DNA of 64,000 bases from Epiperipatus broadwayi (Eukaryota; Animalia; Onychophora), in NCBI GenBank assembly GCA_028023455.1, contig JAQFVV010000001.1, forward strand, positions 6,882,001 to 6,946,000, given 5' to 3'. A program made the position numbers and the translations under genes. Under the pieces are notes generated by a model. It worked only from the letters and a program-made list of their open reading frames with translations. It had not been told where the DNA came from and ran no database searches. Below are positions 1 to 13,336 of the stretch, one piece after another; the stretch's first letter is position 1, and each line of letters starts with the position of its first letter.

Positions 1-1804
1 GGGAATTCTTAACACTCAAAGATAACCCAAATAAGAAAGAATTTATTTAGAAAATACATTAAAAATATTAACAATAAAAAAAATCTCTATGTTATAAAAG
101 TTATGACCTATAGCGGAAATAAAAATTTATCTCCATTCTTATTGCAATATTTAAAACAAGAATGAGGTAAAAATAATGAAAAAAAACTACCTCTGTGTAT
201 CAAATGTTTATGAATATATAACAAAATGAAAACTAAAAATAAATAAATCACTCAATAAAATCCCATAGAATCTGGTTAAAATTTCTAAACTTTAACAATT
301 TTAAAGAGAAGGAGAATCCCATTTTAAGTGGAAAAATTTTGCCATATAGTAACAGAATATTTCAATAGTACATATAATAATAATTGCTACACTGTTAACA
401 TGCAAAACAAAAATTCATGAATTAATATAAACAAAAAATCATGAATTGATATAATGACATAAAAGAAAGTATAAAGTTTCAAAACAATAAAGTAAGACAA
501 TTCTGCTTTCAAGTCAAATACTAAAATAACTAATGAAGTTTTGCATGTGAAAAAAAATATATATTAGGAACTACTAAACAGTAAATGACATGTATGTATA
601 TCACAGGAAAATAGTGATTTCTATGTAATAGTTTGTCATCAGTAATTAAGATAAAACTTAGGAATTCACAAAATAAAAATACAAAAGTTTTTTGTTGTTT
701 TTTTTTAAAAAAAATCGATACATGTAAAATTTTAAAATAATATCTAACTTATAAGAAAGAACACAAAGATAATTGTACTATAAAAAATAATGAAAATAAT
801 GAATTTGCTAAAGTTTTTATCAAGCTAAAAAAATATTCTAGAGATGATCAACATATAAAATGAAAACAAAAACACAAAAGAAAGTAATGTATCTATTTGA
901 CAAACAGATTTAATACTATAATTTGAGAATGTTTTTTTTAAAAAAGAAGGATAAATTATAAGGTTACTGCTGATCAAACATATATGTACAAACATTAGAA
1001 TTATAAATAAATTACATAGTATAGAAATATTAATTTAATCTAATATTTAATAAAGTATTTTCAAATATAAGAATGTAAAAATATCATACAATTAAATAAT
1101 AATAACAATAATCTAGCAAGAATATCACAAATATTACAAAAATTAACTAATACAAATTACAAACAGAATAAAGTAATGAAAATAATTCATATCATAAGAA
1201 ATTATTAACTCATCAAAAACACTCAGCATCTCAACCATAAAATCAAAATCAATTCCATTTGTAAAACACTTGTGTCATTTAATCAGTATAAATAATAAAA
1301 ACTCACAAAAATATGACATTTAAGAAGAGTTACAAGATGGAAAAAAAGACTTAAGTTGATATATTTAAAATAACAATAATGCAAGCAATATGGCAGTGCA
1401 GTAGATAGAGGAAATTAATTTATTGCAGTAAATTAGTATTAATATTAAATCAAATAACATTTTATGAGTATGCAAATACAGAAAAAAAGCTCAAATAAAA
1501 AATACTCATTAGCAATATGGTATTGTCATAAAGTAATTTTTATTCATAGTCTTAATAACAAATAAGAATTTTTTATGCAATAGAAAATAATTAAAATTTA
1601 GAAGTACTTCAAAAAAAAAAAAAAGCTCCAAATTTTAAAATTAAGTAAAATTCAACTTATTTACACACATATACAAATATATCTATATATTGTTAGTGAA
1701 CAAGAAAACAATAAGGAAAAAAAAAGTTTGAATATTATTACTAATAATAATAATCAATGTAAACTAAGCTCAAAAAATACATGTAATATATATTAAAGAA
1801 TTAC

Positions 1805-1884
1805 CTCAAAGACATTTAAAATGTGTTCGTTTAAAGTTATAGAATCACTAAGAGCCTTTCTTAAAATATCTAAAGCAGATGGAC
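1805..1884 (-). CDS. POLR1D: POLR1D coding exon 4 (PSALDILRKALSDSITLNEHILNVFE); short terminal exon not located
   Basis: ttttag acceptor, GTAA donor, 80 nt, phase-compatible with exon 3. Matches the C-terminal helix of RPAC2. Confidence 0.88.
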
Positions 1885-3155
1885 CTAAAATCAGACATAT
1901 ATATATAATTCAATTTTATTATTATAAAAAATGGGGGAGGGGGTTTAAATCTATATAATATGTTTCTACAATTTGTAACTAAATCTCACTCAAACATACA
2001 GTTATAGACATTGAAAACAAAATATGCTGATGGCTATATGTTACTTTATTAAATTTACACTTCAAAAAAATTAAGATTTGAGCCAAAAAGCAGGATATAA
2101 TGATTAATATAAATATATGTAATAATTATATAAACTTGTTAAGTGTGTATTTATTGACAGAATTTTAAGCATGCATTATGATCAGTACAAAAATTTGTGA
2201 ATAGCAATTGAAAAATCCTCATAAGAAGATATTACTGAGAGATTTAAAAATTGAAACAATTCAAGATCTTGAAACCAGTCAACTAACTACCCTATAGTTT
2301 AGAACATAGAAGTTAATTGCAAGTATCTTTTTTTTTATTGGTAAAATATTGATAAAAATCAATATTTATCATTGACTTTCTCAATGGCTGGATCACTTTA
2401 ATTCCATAATAGTAATATCTCTTCCAACTTCAGAAAACACAATAAGTCTAGTTGCATTTGCACTTATTATTCATTCATTTTACTAATGACTTACGAGTCT
2501 AGAAAAAGTTTTGGTTTTAAACAATTTTATGTCAATTATCTTACATTCAAATATATAGTCGCTCATATACAAAATAGTTGACTTGGATTAAAATCTCTAG
2601 GGCATTTGAATTTTTAAACAAACCTTCAGTAGCATCACATGATCATCATTAAAATGACCATTGAATAGAAAGCCAATCAATTCAAAATCAATCATAGAAA
2701 TATGACAATATGGCAACATAATCCCTTAAAGTCCACCAGTTATACTCATTGTAGTTTCTAAAATAAGGGGGAGGGGGCAGGGTGTCACAACCCTACAATA
2801 ACTTTTAAATTAAAGACAAAATCAATATTCTGTCAGATATAATCTTATTTTTAAAAAAATCAGAACAGATATATAAATTGTTTTTTCTTTTCTTCAAATA
2901 TTATTATTCTGTTACCTTTTTGCTGCTAAAAAGTAAATCACTGATAATAAAAATGTGATTTGTGATTGTTCATACCAACTACTATAAACTTATCAATTAG
3001 CACATATTTATAAAAGTAGTAGCAATTTTTCTTTTAATGCACGGTGTTAAACTGGTAAAAATTTATTGATATCTTTAAAATTTAGACAAATAATTCAAAC
3101 TAATATTTATGTTTAAATAATTTAATATATACATTATAAACAGTAACAATCTTAC

Positions 3156-3232
3156 CATTAGTTTTTATCCTGAGATTGATAGTATTTTCTGAAGGATGGG
3201 GAATACTGTAACCACAAAATTCAACTTCAGGA
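3156..3232 (-). CDS. POLR1D: POLR1D coding exon 3 ([26 protein letters not shown])
   Basis: ttttag acceptor, GTAAG donor, 77 nt. The [14 protein letters not shown] motif is diagnostic of RPAC2/AC19. Confidence 0.95.
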
Positions 3233-3771
3233 CTAAAATATATATGTACAATTATAAATTAAAAATATATCACCACAAAAATAAAAAAACTAGAAAATAC
3301 ATTTATTTAAGTGATTAATCTGAACTCATTTAATATAAAAATTGAAGTATAATTTATTTAATTAAATTAGAAGACAGAAATAACTAGTTATATAATCTTA
3401 ACGAAAATCAGATTTCCATGTAATGTTTTATTAAAAAATTATGACTGCTAAAAAAGCGAATACCTACCTTAATAATATATATATGTGTAATGTAATATTT
3501 TTCACTCAGAATTTTCTTATTACAGAATTTTTAAACTACAAGATTGTTCTTTTGCTCATTACATACGACAAATGAAGATGCTCTAATCTCAACTAGCTAA
3601 TCAATAATGAATTAAGGCATTTAGAAATATATGTAAAAAAACTTGAATGTTAACTCCAATCACTGTAAGTTTCAAGCAGTGATTAGAGGTTATATCTACC
3701 CAACTTTGTTTATATATATATGATAAACAAAACAAGTTATAAATTTTGTAACTTGCTCATAGCTTGCATTT

Positions 3772-4060
3772 TATGATCACTAGATGGAGTTTTACCAATA
3801 GCCCACTATCAAGCTTTGTTTACATAAACGCTGAGAGAGATAGAATTCAATATCTCTTTCATTGTCTCCAACTTTTAAACCATGGTTTTAGTTGGCTCAT
3901 GTCAAGTCTTCCTCCCCTTTACTGACGTGAGCCAACTAGCTCGAAACCATGGTTTAAAGGTTGGAGACAATGAAAGAGATATTGAATTCTATCTCTCTCA
4001 GCGTTTATGTAAACAAAACTTGATAGTGGGCTATTGGTAAAGCTCCATCTAGTGATTATA
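3772..4060. mobile_element. Young ~285-bp palindromic (foldback/MITE-like) element with ~135-bp near-perfect arms, carrying a hammerhead motif
   Basis: The left arm 3772-~3905 is the reverse complement of ~3924-4060, with a few substitutions and one 5-nt deletion. Inner termini read CACTAG...CTAGTG. Confidence 0.9.
3912..3966 (+). ncRNA. Type I hammerhead ribozyme motif (A9->U variant)
   Basis: CTCC CCTTTA | CTGACGT | GAGC caacta GCTC | GAAA | CCATGG | T T | TAAAGG tt GGAG: 6+4 bp stem I with a 2-nt bulge, 4-bp stem II, palindromic stem III. The core is canonical except T at position 9. Confidence 0.75.
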
Positions 4061-5489
4061 TATATATATGCAAAGGCAGTTGTGCTTGCATATATACATT
4101 AAATTTACATTCATATGATATGGTTTTAAACAAATTCTAGATAAACAAGACAATTTTTAATAATAATAATCAAAAAAGGAGAATATTTTTTATCTGCACA
4201 ATTTCATTCTATTGTATCTTAATATACTATTTGGAATAATGGCTGTATTCTCAGTTCTCAAGAATGGTGATTAATATGTTTATTTGATAGATACCATAAT
4301 AATTTTTTATTAAAAACTGATGGAAAAAAATAACAAATAATTCCTGATGATCAATAGTCCTCATCCCCAAAAACTTCTTTGGAGATATAACAACTTTACA
4401 GATGTTTAAAAAAAAAAAGTGACCTTTAAATAGCCTGCTGCAGACCAAAATCCTCTCTAATAGCCCTTTAAGAATTTCTGTAAAAAAAAAAATTATATTT
4501 AAAAGACTTGGGATTTTTCTTTCTTGTTTTAACAATAACAATTAGATATCAATAATATGCATACATTTAATTAACTCTGAACTTAAAAAAATAAAAAACT
4601 ATCTAATCAACATTTTTATAACAACCATCATTAGAATGTTTAATAAAAAATCACTATTTATAATTCTAATAGTTTAAAGATTGCAAAGATTTTAAAATAT
4701 ATTTAAATTTGCATTATATAAAAATGCTATAAATTCATAGATAAGCTGTGTTGAAATTCTTTGCAATTTTAATTCTTTTATCAATAATTCCTCTAATACC
4801 AGTATAATTAAAACTGTCTAATGTAGATAATATTATTAATTTCTCCTACATTATATGCAAAAGCTTGTTGCCTTACTTGTCTTTTTCTTTTGCAACATTC
4901 ATATTAATTTTGCCTTTCTATAAAAATTTTCAAATCAAATACAATAATAGCTCTTTCTTCAGTTAGGAAAAAAATGATTGTGTCACTGAGGAAAATGATA
5001 AAACAGTGATAGTACTTTTTTTAAAAAAATGTTTAAGGCTTGCATTTTTTTGTGGAAGTATTTCATTTACAATATTTCTTTATTCTTTCTTTTCCTTATT
5101 AATTTTATAAATGTCATCAACTAAATGGGTCATCTATCTTAAATGTTGTATCACAAATGCATATTCTTTTGGAAAGTTCAATATTTCAAAATATGAAAAT
5201 CATAGCTCATTTTGAATTTGACTTAATTCCATTGTATATTTAAGCATATCTTATAATATTTCTAAAACACTAATACAACTGAAATTATTTATATGTTCTA
5301 TTAAAAATAAACATGAAATAACTAAACAAAATTATATGGACAAATACTACATTAACTTGATCTTCTATTATTTATTTAATATATTGATGTTTTTTAATGG
5401 CAGCTTAACTATTAACAAAATATCAAAGGAATATACAGAGACTCCAATTGGAAAATAGATTCAACAGTGACTTTTTTAAAGTCCATTAA

Positions 5490-6330
5490 TTTACCATTGT
5501 AGTACTATCTATGTAGTTCATAATGTGTATCTTCCCACATTTACATAGGTTGGTAGCTACTAAAGTCCATTTATAAAGCAGATGAGCATACATTTCATGA
5601 ATTATCCTGAATCTGTTGAAGAGACTCCAACTGCGTCTAGGAAAATCAAATCCAGAATGATTTTATAGTTGAATCTGGAAAAAAAAAATTATGTAGGATA
5701 CTATAAGAATTCTCACTTTTTCCACTATATTTCTTCAATTATAGATTCTTTTTTAAACATCCAAAAGGGAAATCTTGATCTAAGATAAGTCTTAGGTGAT
5801 AAAACTATATTTTGACTTACTGAAAAATACAATCTGATGAAATAAGAGATGAAAAAATAGGAAGCCACTAAAAAGGAATAAACTTGAGTGTACCAATATT
5901 TATTTCTCATGGTAATATCAAGAAGTTCGTTGTGAAACTTCTTCTCTGAACAGGGGCACAGTATTACCCAGCAAAATATTATAATCCCAAATAGTGATAG
6001 TAGTTTTCCAAGATTATTTCTAGAAATTAATTTTGATACTTTGTTTTCTAATACTCCTGAATAGTGAACCATCACTAAAAAATTGGAAAAAAGTAAATCA
6101 TTACTGGGGCATTAAAAATCAGGCCACATTGTATAATAAAAGTTTAAGATCTTTCTCGATCCACCAGTGGCTAAATATATTAGGAATGAGTTGTACCCAG
6201 TATAATATGTAACTTCAGTTTCATTGATGTATTCAATTTTCAGTTGAGTACCTTCAAACACTATATCATTTAAGCCAGCTATGGTGAACTAATGGTATAT
6301 ATGCCAGAGGTAGCACATAAGAAAAATTAA
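5490..6330 (-). mobile_element. Decayed 3' fragment of an RTE-X-type LINE
   Basis: Translates to KLISRNNL..., TYLRSRFPFW and GFDFPRRSWSLFNRFRIIHEMYAHLLYKW...LCKCG, resembling the RLKSRKPFW / GFDLPRR.W..LNR.RTG...CDCG C-terminus of RTE-X elements. Confidence 0.65.
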
Positions 6331-6919
6331 GGGCCACTCATAAATGATATTATTAGCCTAAAATTTGAAATTTTGTTTTGTATGAGAGAAATTAACAAAA
6401 TTTGATTTTCCTCATCATAACACACTCTGTTTTTGTAAAATATACATGCCTTTCTCTCTATCACTAATCATGCATGCTGTTATGTATCTGTGATGGTAAC
6501 CAGCTCCCTGCACAGTGTTCAAAATGTGCAAAAAAAATGGCTATGTGTAACTGTCAAGCAGACACTATGGTGTGGATGCACTTTAAATAATTATTATATT
6601 TATACATATAAAAAATGTAGTTTTTTTTGTCTTTTTTGTTTTACAAAGAGATGTTTCTGTTTTTTCTCTTTTTCTACTTCTTTTCTATTTATTCATTAAT
6701 ATAAGTAAATAAATAAAATGCCTTTTCTTTATGCACTCTTTTAAATGTAAAACTTGTCTTATTATTGTTTATTGGATTTCAGTTTTGATTGACCAGCAAA
6801 CATTATTAGAATTATAATATATGAATACAAATACAATTAACAATAATATAACCTAATAAATATTTTATATATAATTTTTAATTAATAAATATAAGGTATT
6901 CTATTATTTTTATAAAAAT

Positions 6920-9530
6920 ATCTAAATTCTTTAAATTTTGAAAATGTTTATATTTGATTTTATTTATACTAGTATAATATTATTTGTTATTTATATTTTT
7001 ATTTTTTAAATCTTTTGCATTCTTTTGAATATGATCTTTATTTATTTTCACTCTTATATTTTATCTTTATTATTTCTATATTATATTTGATATTTTATAT
7101 TCAATATCTTTTTTTTTTTTTAATTTATTTAACTTCTATTATCTCCTGTTAATATTTTAAAAAAAATGTTTATTTTTTTTTAACCTATATTATCACGCCC
7201 TCTATCTTTGTTTTCTATAACTATAACTTTTCTTTTTATTTTAAATTATTTATAATTTTAATCATATTATATTAATATTGTTTTTATGCCTAAATCTTTT
7301 GCTATTTAATTTTTTTGGTTAATATTGCTCCATTAATTTTTCTTTCTTTGTTATTGTCATTATTATATATCATTTTTACACTATTTTCTTTGAATATATG
7401 ACCTGTTTCTTTGGTATGTATGTGTATAAGATATTTTTTGACTTCTTTATTTTGCATTAACTTCTCCTATATAATTGTTTTTAATATTACTTTTTCCAAT
7501 ATTATTTGCAATTGATTTCATATTTTCCATTTATATAGTTTTTAGTATTCCTATTATTATTTTTACTTATTACCTAATAAACATGGTATATTTTTTCTTT
7601 TTTTATTTATTATTATAATATCAATTATTTTATTATACCTTTTTCAGTTAATTTATTTTGATTTTGTTTATATTTATTGCTATATTACTATTAATTTTTA
7701 TTTCTATATATCTTCCTTAAAATCAGAAAAATATTTTTAAAAAGTATTTAATAATAGAAAAAATGAAAACTACTGATTTTTCAATAAAAATAATAAAACA
7801 TTAAATTAATAAAAAATGAAATAAAAGATAAGAAAGTTAATGAAGAAAATAAAGGAAGATATATAGTAATAAAAATTAATAATAATATAGCAAGAAATAT
7901 AAACAATTGACATTAACATAATAAATAAAAATAAATAAAAAACATTCTAGATTTATTAGATAATAAATATATAAATAACAGGAATATTAAAAACTATAAA
8001 TAAAATGTATGAAATCAATAATAAAAGTTTTTAGAAAAATATTAAAAAACAATTATATATAGGAGAGATGAAAAACTCATTTAGTACAAAGCTACAGCAG
8101 TATAAAATAGAACAAAAGTCTCCTATATACATATATATCAAAAAAATATGGCACATATTTGAAGAAAATAGCATAAAAATGATACATTATATTAATAATA
8201 AAAAAAGAAAGAAAAATTAAAAAATGAATGTTAATCAAAAATATATAATATGAACTAAAACTTAGGCATAAATAAAATATTAATTCAATTACATTTCCAT
8301 ACTCTGTCAATATATATCATATAATGCTAAATCATCCATGCACTTTACTACTGTTACACAATGCTTTATTTACCACCCTCTTTTACAGTTTATAGTTTCA
8401 ATTGCCCCAGCAATCTTCTTCATAACTACAACATAATATGAACATATGAATATAAATATACATGAACATATAATTTACATTCTATATATACATCTTATAA
8501 TCATCATCTGGTTATTTCCTTTTAAATATTATATAATTTTTTATTCCTTTTTTACATTCTATATTTATTAATTAAAATTTCCTACACATATATATTCTAT
8601 TTTATTCTTTATTTTATTTTTACCCTTATTACTCTTTAAATACTTAATATCTTTTATATTTTACATTATTATTATTCATTTTACTAACAATCAATATTTA
8701 TAATTTATTCATTCAATAATTTAAAATTTATTTTAATCTATAATATTATTTTAAACACATTTTAACCCATCTTTTGTATCTCCTAACTTCAACTGCTAAA
8801 TTCAAATTTTAAAAATTTACCATTATACTTTTAGTAGCTCCCTCTTTAAATTTTACACTTATATTAATAGCAGCTCCCTCTTCCCATTATTTTATATAAC
8901 TAAATTTTTTTAAAAATTTTATTTTATATCAAAAGTTTTTTCAGGCCCAAATTTCTATTGAAAACTGGCTTAATATTATTAATATAAATAGCCTCTTATT
9001 TTTCTACCCCTTTTATTATCTGTAAATTGTATTATTCTTATACAATCCTTTTCAAACTCATATTAATATTAAATTCATTAATATTAATGTAAAATAATAT
9101 TTATAGTTTAAATATAAAATTTTAATAATATAATTGTACAGAGTATACTTTCAATGTTTTCATATTATATTAAAATTTTATATTTAAACTCTGTATAAAT
9201 ATTATTTTACATTAATATTAATTTAATAAAATTAAAATTATAAATAATTTAAACTAAAAAGAAAAAAAGATATAGTTACAGAAAACCAAGATAACGGTAC
9301 TAATAATACAAAAACAAATGTTTTAAAAAAAATTAACATTAACAAAAGATAACAGAAGATAAGTAAATTTTTTAAAAAATCAATATTAAATAAAATACAA
9401 AACAAAATATAGAAATAAAAATAAACAAAATATAAAAATAAGAAAATAAAGATCAAATACAAAACGAATGCAAGAAATATAAAAAATATAAAATCAAATA
9501 TAAAAATTAACAAAATTTAAAGAATTTATA
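6920..9530. mobile_element. Decayed Penelope-like element relic arranged as nested inverted repeats
   Basis: Arm A 6923-~7275 is inverted to ~9215-9528, arm B ~7268-7718 is inverted to ~7852-8285, and there is a hairpin at 9078-9221. The B arms encode GIY-YIG-like GKYEINCK...YIGE (minus, 7528-7462, one frameshift) and YEI...QLYIGEMKNSFSTKLQQYK (plus, from 8008). A hammerhead-like motif lies at 8386-8428. Confidence 0.6.
8386..8428 (-). ncRNA. Degenerate Penelope-type type I hammerhead motif
   Basis: Minus strand TAGTT | ATGAAGA A | G ATTGC tggg GCAAT T | GAAA | CTA TA | AACTG: 5-bp stem I and 5-6 bp stem II. C3 is mutated and stem III is damaged. Confidence 0.5.
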
Positions 9531-9594
9531 TATATTAAGTTATATAAATTATTTTTAAATGATGTACAAAAATTGATACATTATTTACATTTGT

Positions 9595-12250
9595 CATCAA
9601 TCATCATCATCAACCATTATCAATCCACTGCAGGATGAAGGTCTCTCCAAGTTTAATCCATCTTCTCCGATCTTTAGCTTCTCTTCTCCACAACACCCCT
9701 GCACATTTTCTTATTTCATCCATCCATCTCACATGTGGTCTCTTTCTGGGTCTTTTACAATCTCTTGGAAGCCAGTTTAAAATTTCAATTGTCCATCTAT
9801 TATCATCTCTTCTAGCAATATGTCCAGCCCAACTCCATTTCAATCTTTTAATTTTTTCAATAAGGTCAGTAACACCTGTTTGTTGTCTTACCCATACATT
9901 GCGTTTTCGATCTCTTCTTGTTATTCCCAACATACATCTCTCCATACTCCTTTGAGTGGTCTGAAGTCTCTGTATTGCTCTTCTATTAGGTGTCCAAGTC
10001 TCAGATCCATAAGTAAGAACTGGTAAAACACATTTGTTAAAAACCATCCTTTTCAAACACATAGGCATATTTCCTTTTAGTATCAAGTTATTTCTACCAA
10101 AAGCACTCCAACCAAGTTTAATTCTATGATTAATTTCCTCCATTATGTTTCCATCTGTATTAATAATCTGACCAAGGTATTTGTAACTGTTAACTTCTTC
10201 TAATTCTTCATAATCAATCTTTATTTTCATATTTTGAGCAAATTGATTAAACATTACTTTAGTCTTTTTAACATTTATCTTTAGTCCTACTTTTCTACTT
10301 TCATCTGCTAACTCCTGCAACATTTCCTGCAGCTCTGAAGCATTATTTGCAAAAACAACTACATCATCTGCGAAATCTAAATGACTTAAATACTCTCCAT
10401 TTACTTTCACTCCTTTAGTTTCCCATTTTAATCCACAAAATACTTCTTGCATCACTGCTGTAAAGAGTTTTGGAGATATGGAGTCACCTTGTCTTACACC
10501 TTTCTCAATGTTGATTTTTCCAGTATCATTATGTAATCTAATTGTTGCTGTTGCATTTTTATAAATATTCTTTAAAATATGACAATATCCTGGATCTATA
10601 CCTTGATGATCCAATGCTTTAATCACTGAAGAAATGTGTATAGAATCGAATGCCTCTTCATAATCTATAAATCCAAAACATAATGACAACTCATATTCGT
10701 TTGACCTTCCTATGACTTCTCTCAATACCTGGATATGATCTATTGTACTAAAACCACTTTTAAATCCAGCTTGTTCTCTTGGTTGGTGGAAATCCAAAGT
10801 TCTCTGTAGACGAGTTGTAATAGGTCTGTAATTTCTAATATCTTCTTTATCACCTTTTTTAAATATTAATATTATTACTGCATTCTTCCAATCTTCCGGT
10901 ACATCTTTATCATTTAGACATTTGGTATATAACTTTGCTAAAATTGTTTCAATTTCTTCACCTGCTTCTTTTAATATATCAATTATAATTCCATTATTTC
11001 CTGGAGCCTTTCCTTTCTTCATACACTTAATTGCATGTCTCACTTCTTCATTTAAAATTCTGGGCAATTCGGATGATGTAATAGATATAGGAGGTACTTG
11101 TTCTTTATTACTATATAATTCTTGATTAAAATCTTCTACCAATTTCATGATGTCATCTCTCTTTTTAGTAAGAATTCCATCTTTTTTTTCTTATTGCAGA
11201 TATAAATTTCCTACCAATACCAAAATGTTGTTTAACATTTTTGAGACTTTTAGTTTCTTCTACAGCTTTCCTTGCTATTTCACAGTTATACTTTCTTATA
11301 TCATTTTCAACTCTTTTCCGTACCATTTTACAAAATTTGAGATATTCAATTCTTTTTAATACATCATTTTTGTATATCTTCATATGCCTTCTTTTCTTCA
11401 TAAATTCTCTAGTCTCAGTAGAAATTTTATTAGTCAATTGCTGCTTTTTTCTACCAGCTATGTTTGTTGCAGTTTTTAAAAGTGTATCAGTTATTTTCAT
11501 ATTAATTTCATTCAAATCTGAATCATGTTCAAAATCTCCTAACACTTGAAACCTATTTGTAAGTTCTAATTTAAATCCATTAGAATATTTCTGAAGATTA
11601 GGAATATCAACTGTAAATATTGTTTTTCTTAATAATTTTTGTCTCTCTAGTTTTACATTAACACGTAACTTACACCTTACTAATCGATGATCACTTCCTG
11701 TGTTAAATTTATTAAGAACATTACAATCTTGAAATATGTATTTTCTGTTAGTCAAAATATAATCCAATTCTGCTGTACCTTCATTTGGATGCTTCCATGT
11801 CCATTTCCTTTTAACATTTTTCTCAAAAAATGAATTCATAAAGTTTTTCTTTTTCTGCAAACTCCACAAGTCTATGTCCTCTCTCATTTCTATTACCATA
11901 ACCAAAATTACCTACAGCAATTTCATCTTTCATTTGTCTACCAATTCTAGCATTAAAGTCTCCCATAACAATTTTAAAATGTTGTTTACTCTGATCAAAA
12001 GCCTTTTGTACATCCATATAAAAATCTTCTACTACTTCATCACTATGAGAACTTGTTGGGGCATAAACCTGAATTATCTGCATTTGGTATCTGCTATTAA
12101 GTTGTATAACTAATCTTGCCACTCTGTCCGATACACCATCAATCTCCACAATATTGTTCTTCCACTTTTTATTTATAATGAATCCTTAAAGGCCTCCAAG
12201 AGGAATCAAAAAGTCTCCTTTCAGTTAATAGCAAACTCCTTTCTGCAGCC
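9595..12250 (-). mobile_element. RTE-clade LINE, copy 1 (APE + RT; internal 5' deletion, two frameshifts; 512-aa RT ORF 9610-11148)
   Basis: 11-bp TSD TTTACATTTGT (9584-9594 and 12251-12261) and a (TGA)n 3' tail. RT motifs QAGF, GVRQGDSISP, FADD, YLG; APE motifs QVYAPT, VMGDFNARIG, LDYIL, SDHRLV. Confidence 0.95.
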
Positions 12251-12289
12251 TTTACATTTGTATTCATATATATATAAATATTATGAAGA

Positions 12290-13336
12290 CTACTGGATAA
12301 TCAAAGTGTTAGTCAATAAACAATAATAAAGATAAGATTTTGTTTTTTAAAAAATGTATTTAAAAAGGATGTTTTATTTATTTATTCATGTTAAATTTTT
12401 CTCAGTATTTTTTATCACATTTTTTGTTGTTTTACATATTAATATGGCTAGTGTAAAAACAAAAAATATTGCAATCAAAAAGTAGAGAATTCTTAAGGTG
12501 CTAGATAAAATATGGTATGATTAATAAAGGTATAACTCTGTTTGTCTTTTATTCTAGAATAATATGCAAAAACTTATTAAGATCTATACTGTGCTAAAAT
12601 GCTCAGTCAAAATCCCTAATTAATATATTAAAAATCAGTCAAATGTAACTGCTGCTAGTTATATTGCTTTAAATGTAATTTCCAAACCTGGGAAATAAAT
12701 ATATTGACAATGGTTGAATATATAAAAGAAGCAGTTAAAATGTGCACCAGTCATTGTTTTTTTTTTAAGATTTTGAAAACAAGTAAAAAATTATTCAGAG
12801 AATAAAAGATATGCCTTTGGCTAGAAATTGATAAAAAAGATAAAAATCTTGGAAATGGCTAAAAATAAAACCCATCAGCAAAAAATGAATACAAAATCTT
12901 CCAGTTTCAGTTCCCTTTGTTTTGATGATACTACTGACATAATTGGATCAGTTTGTATTTTTATTCGTTACTGTGTTGAAAATAATGTCAAAGAAGAATT
13001 AATCAGTTTATCATCATTAGCAACAACAGCAAAGTTGTAGATGCATTTATTAAAAAAGAAATAAAGCTTTCCAAATTATATCAGTAACAATTGATAGTGC
13101 TCATGGGATAATCAGATAGAAAATTGACTTTGTCAATTCATTTATAAAACATGCATTTCTGGATTTTCACTGTTTTATACATCAACAGATGTTATGTGTC
13201 AAGTTTAGTTTCAAGATAATAAAAGACATTAGCTTTGTAATAAAATTAATCAATTTTATATCTGCATGTACTTTAAAAATCAAAAAATTCCTGGAACTGT
13301 TAAATGAAGTATCCTCATCATACAATGGTTTGCTTA
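12290..13336 (+). mobile_element. Decayed hAT transposon (Buster/SPIN, GTF2IRD2-like), 5' part, interrupted by Gypsy
   Basis: FSSLCFDDTTDI...CIFIRY...VKEELISLSSLATT and VIKLINFI...LLNEV...YNGLL match the GTF2IRD2-like transposase catalytic region. Left boundary approximate. Confidence 0.75.

Noticed and set aside
790-840. Candidate POLR1D terminal exons (NIFLA* or LDKNFSK...)
   Set aside because: Several weak acceptors and no protein similarity; cannot choose without transcript data.
2495-2498. Possible 4-nt microexon (tttctag|ACTC|gtaagt) on the minus strand
   Set aside because: Would frameshift POLR1D; exons 3 and 4 already join in frame.
2620-2660. Box C/D snoRNA-like ATGATGA...CTGA on the minus strand
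   Set aside because: Boxes only ~12 nt apart and no terminal stem; too short for a snoRNA.
4880-4920. Exon-like minus-strand segment (ag|KGKINMNVAKEKD|gtaagg), phase-compatible with POLR1D exon 3
   Set aside because: No similarity to RPAC2; the true upstream exon with EDHTLGN is at 31499-31599.
4100-5400. Possible Penelope RT remnant next to the 3.8-kb palindrome
   Set aside because: Only vague motif similarity; not supportable by eye.
8092-9513. Hydrophobic ORFs suggesting a mitochondrial insertion (ND-like)
   Set aside because: No recognisable mitochondrial gene motif; explained as the T-rich antisense of the inverted-repeat Penelope relic.
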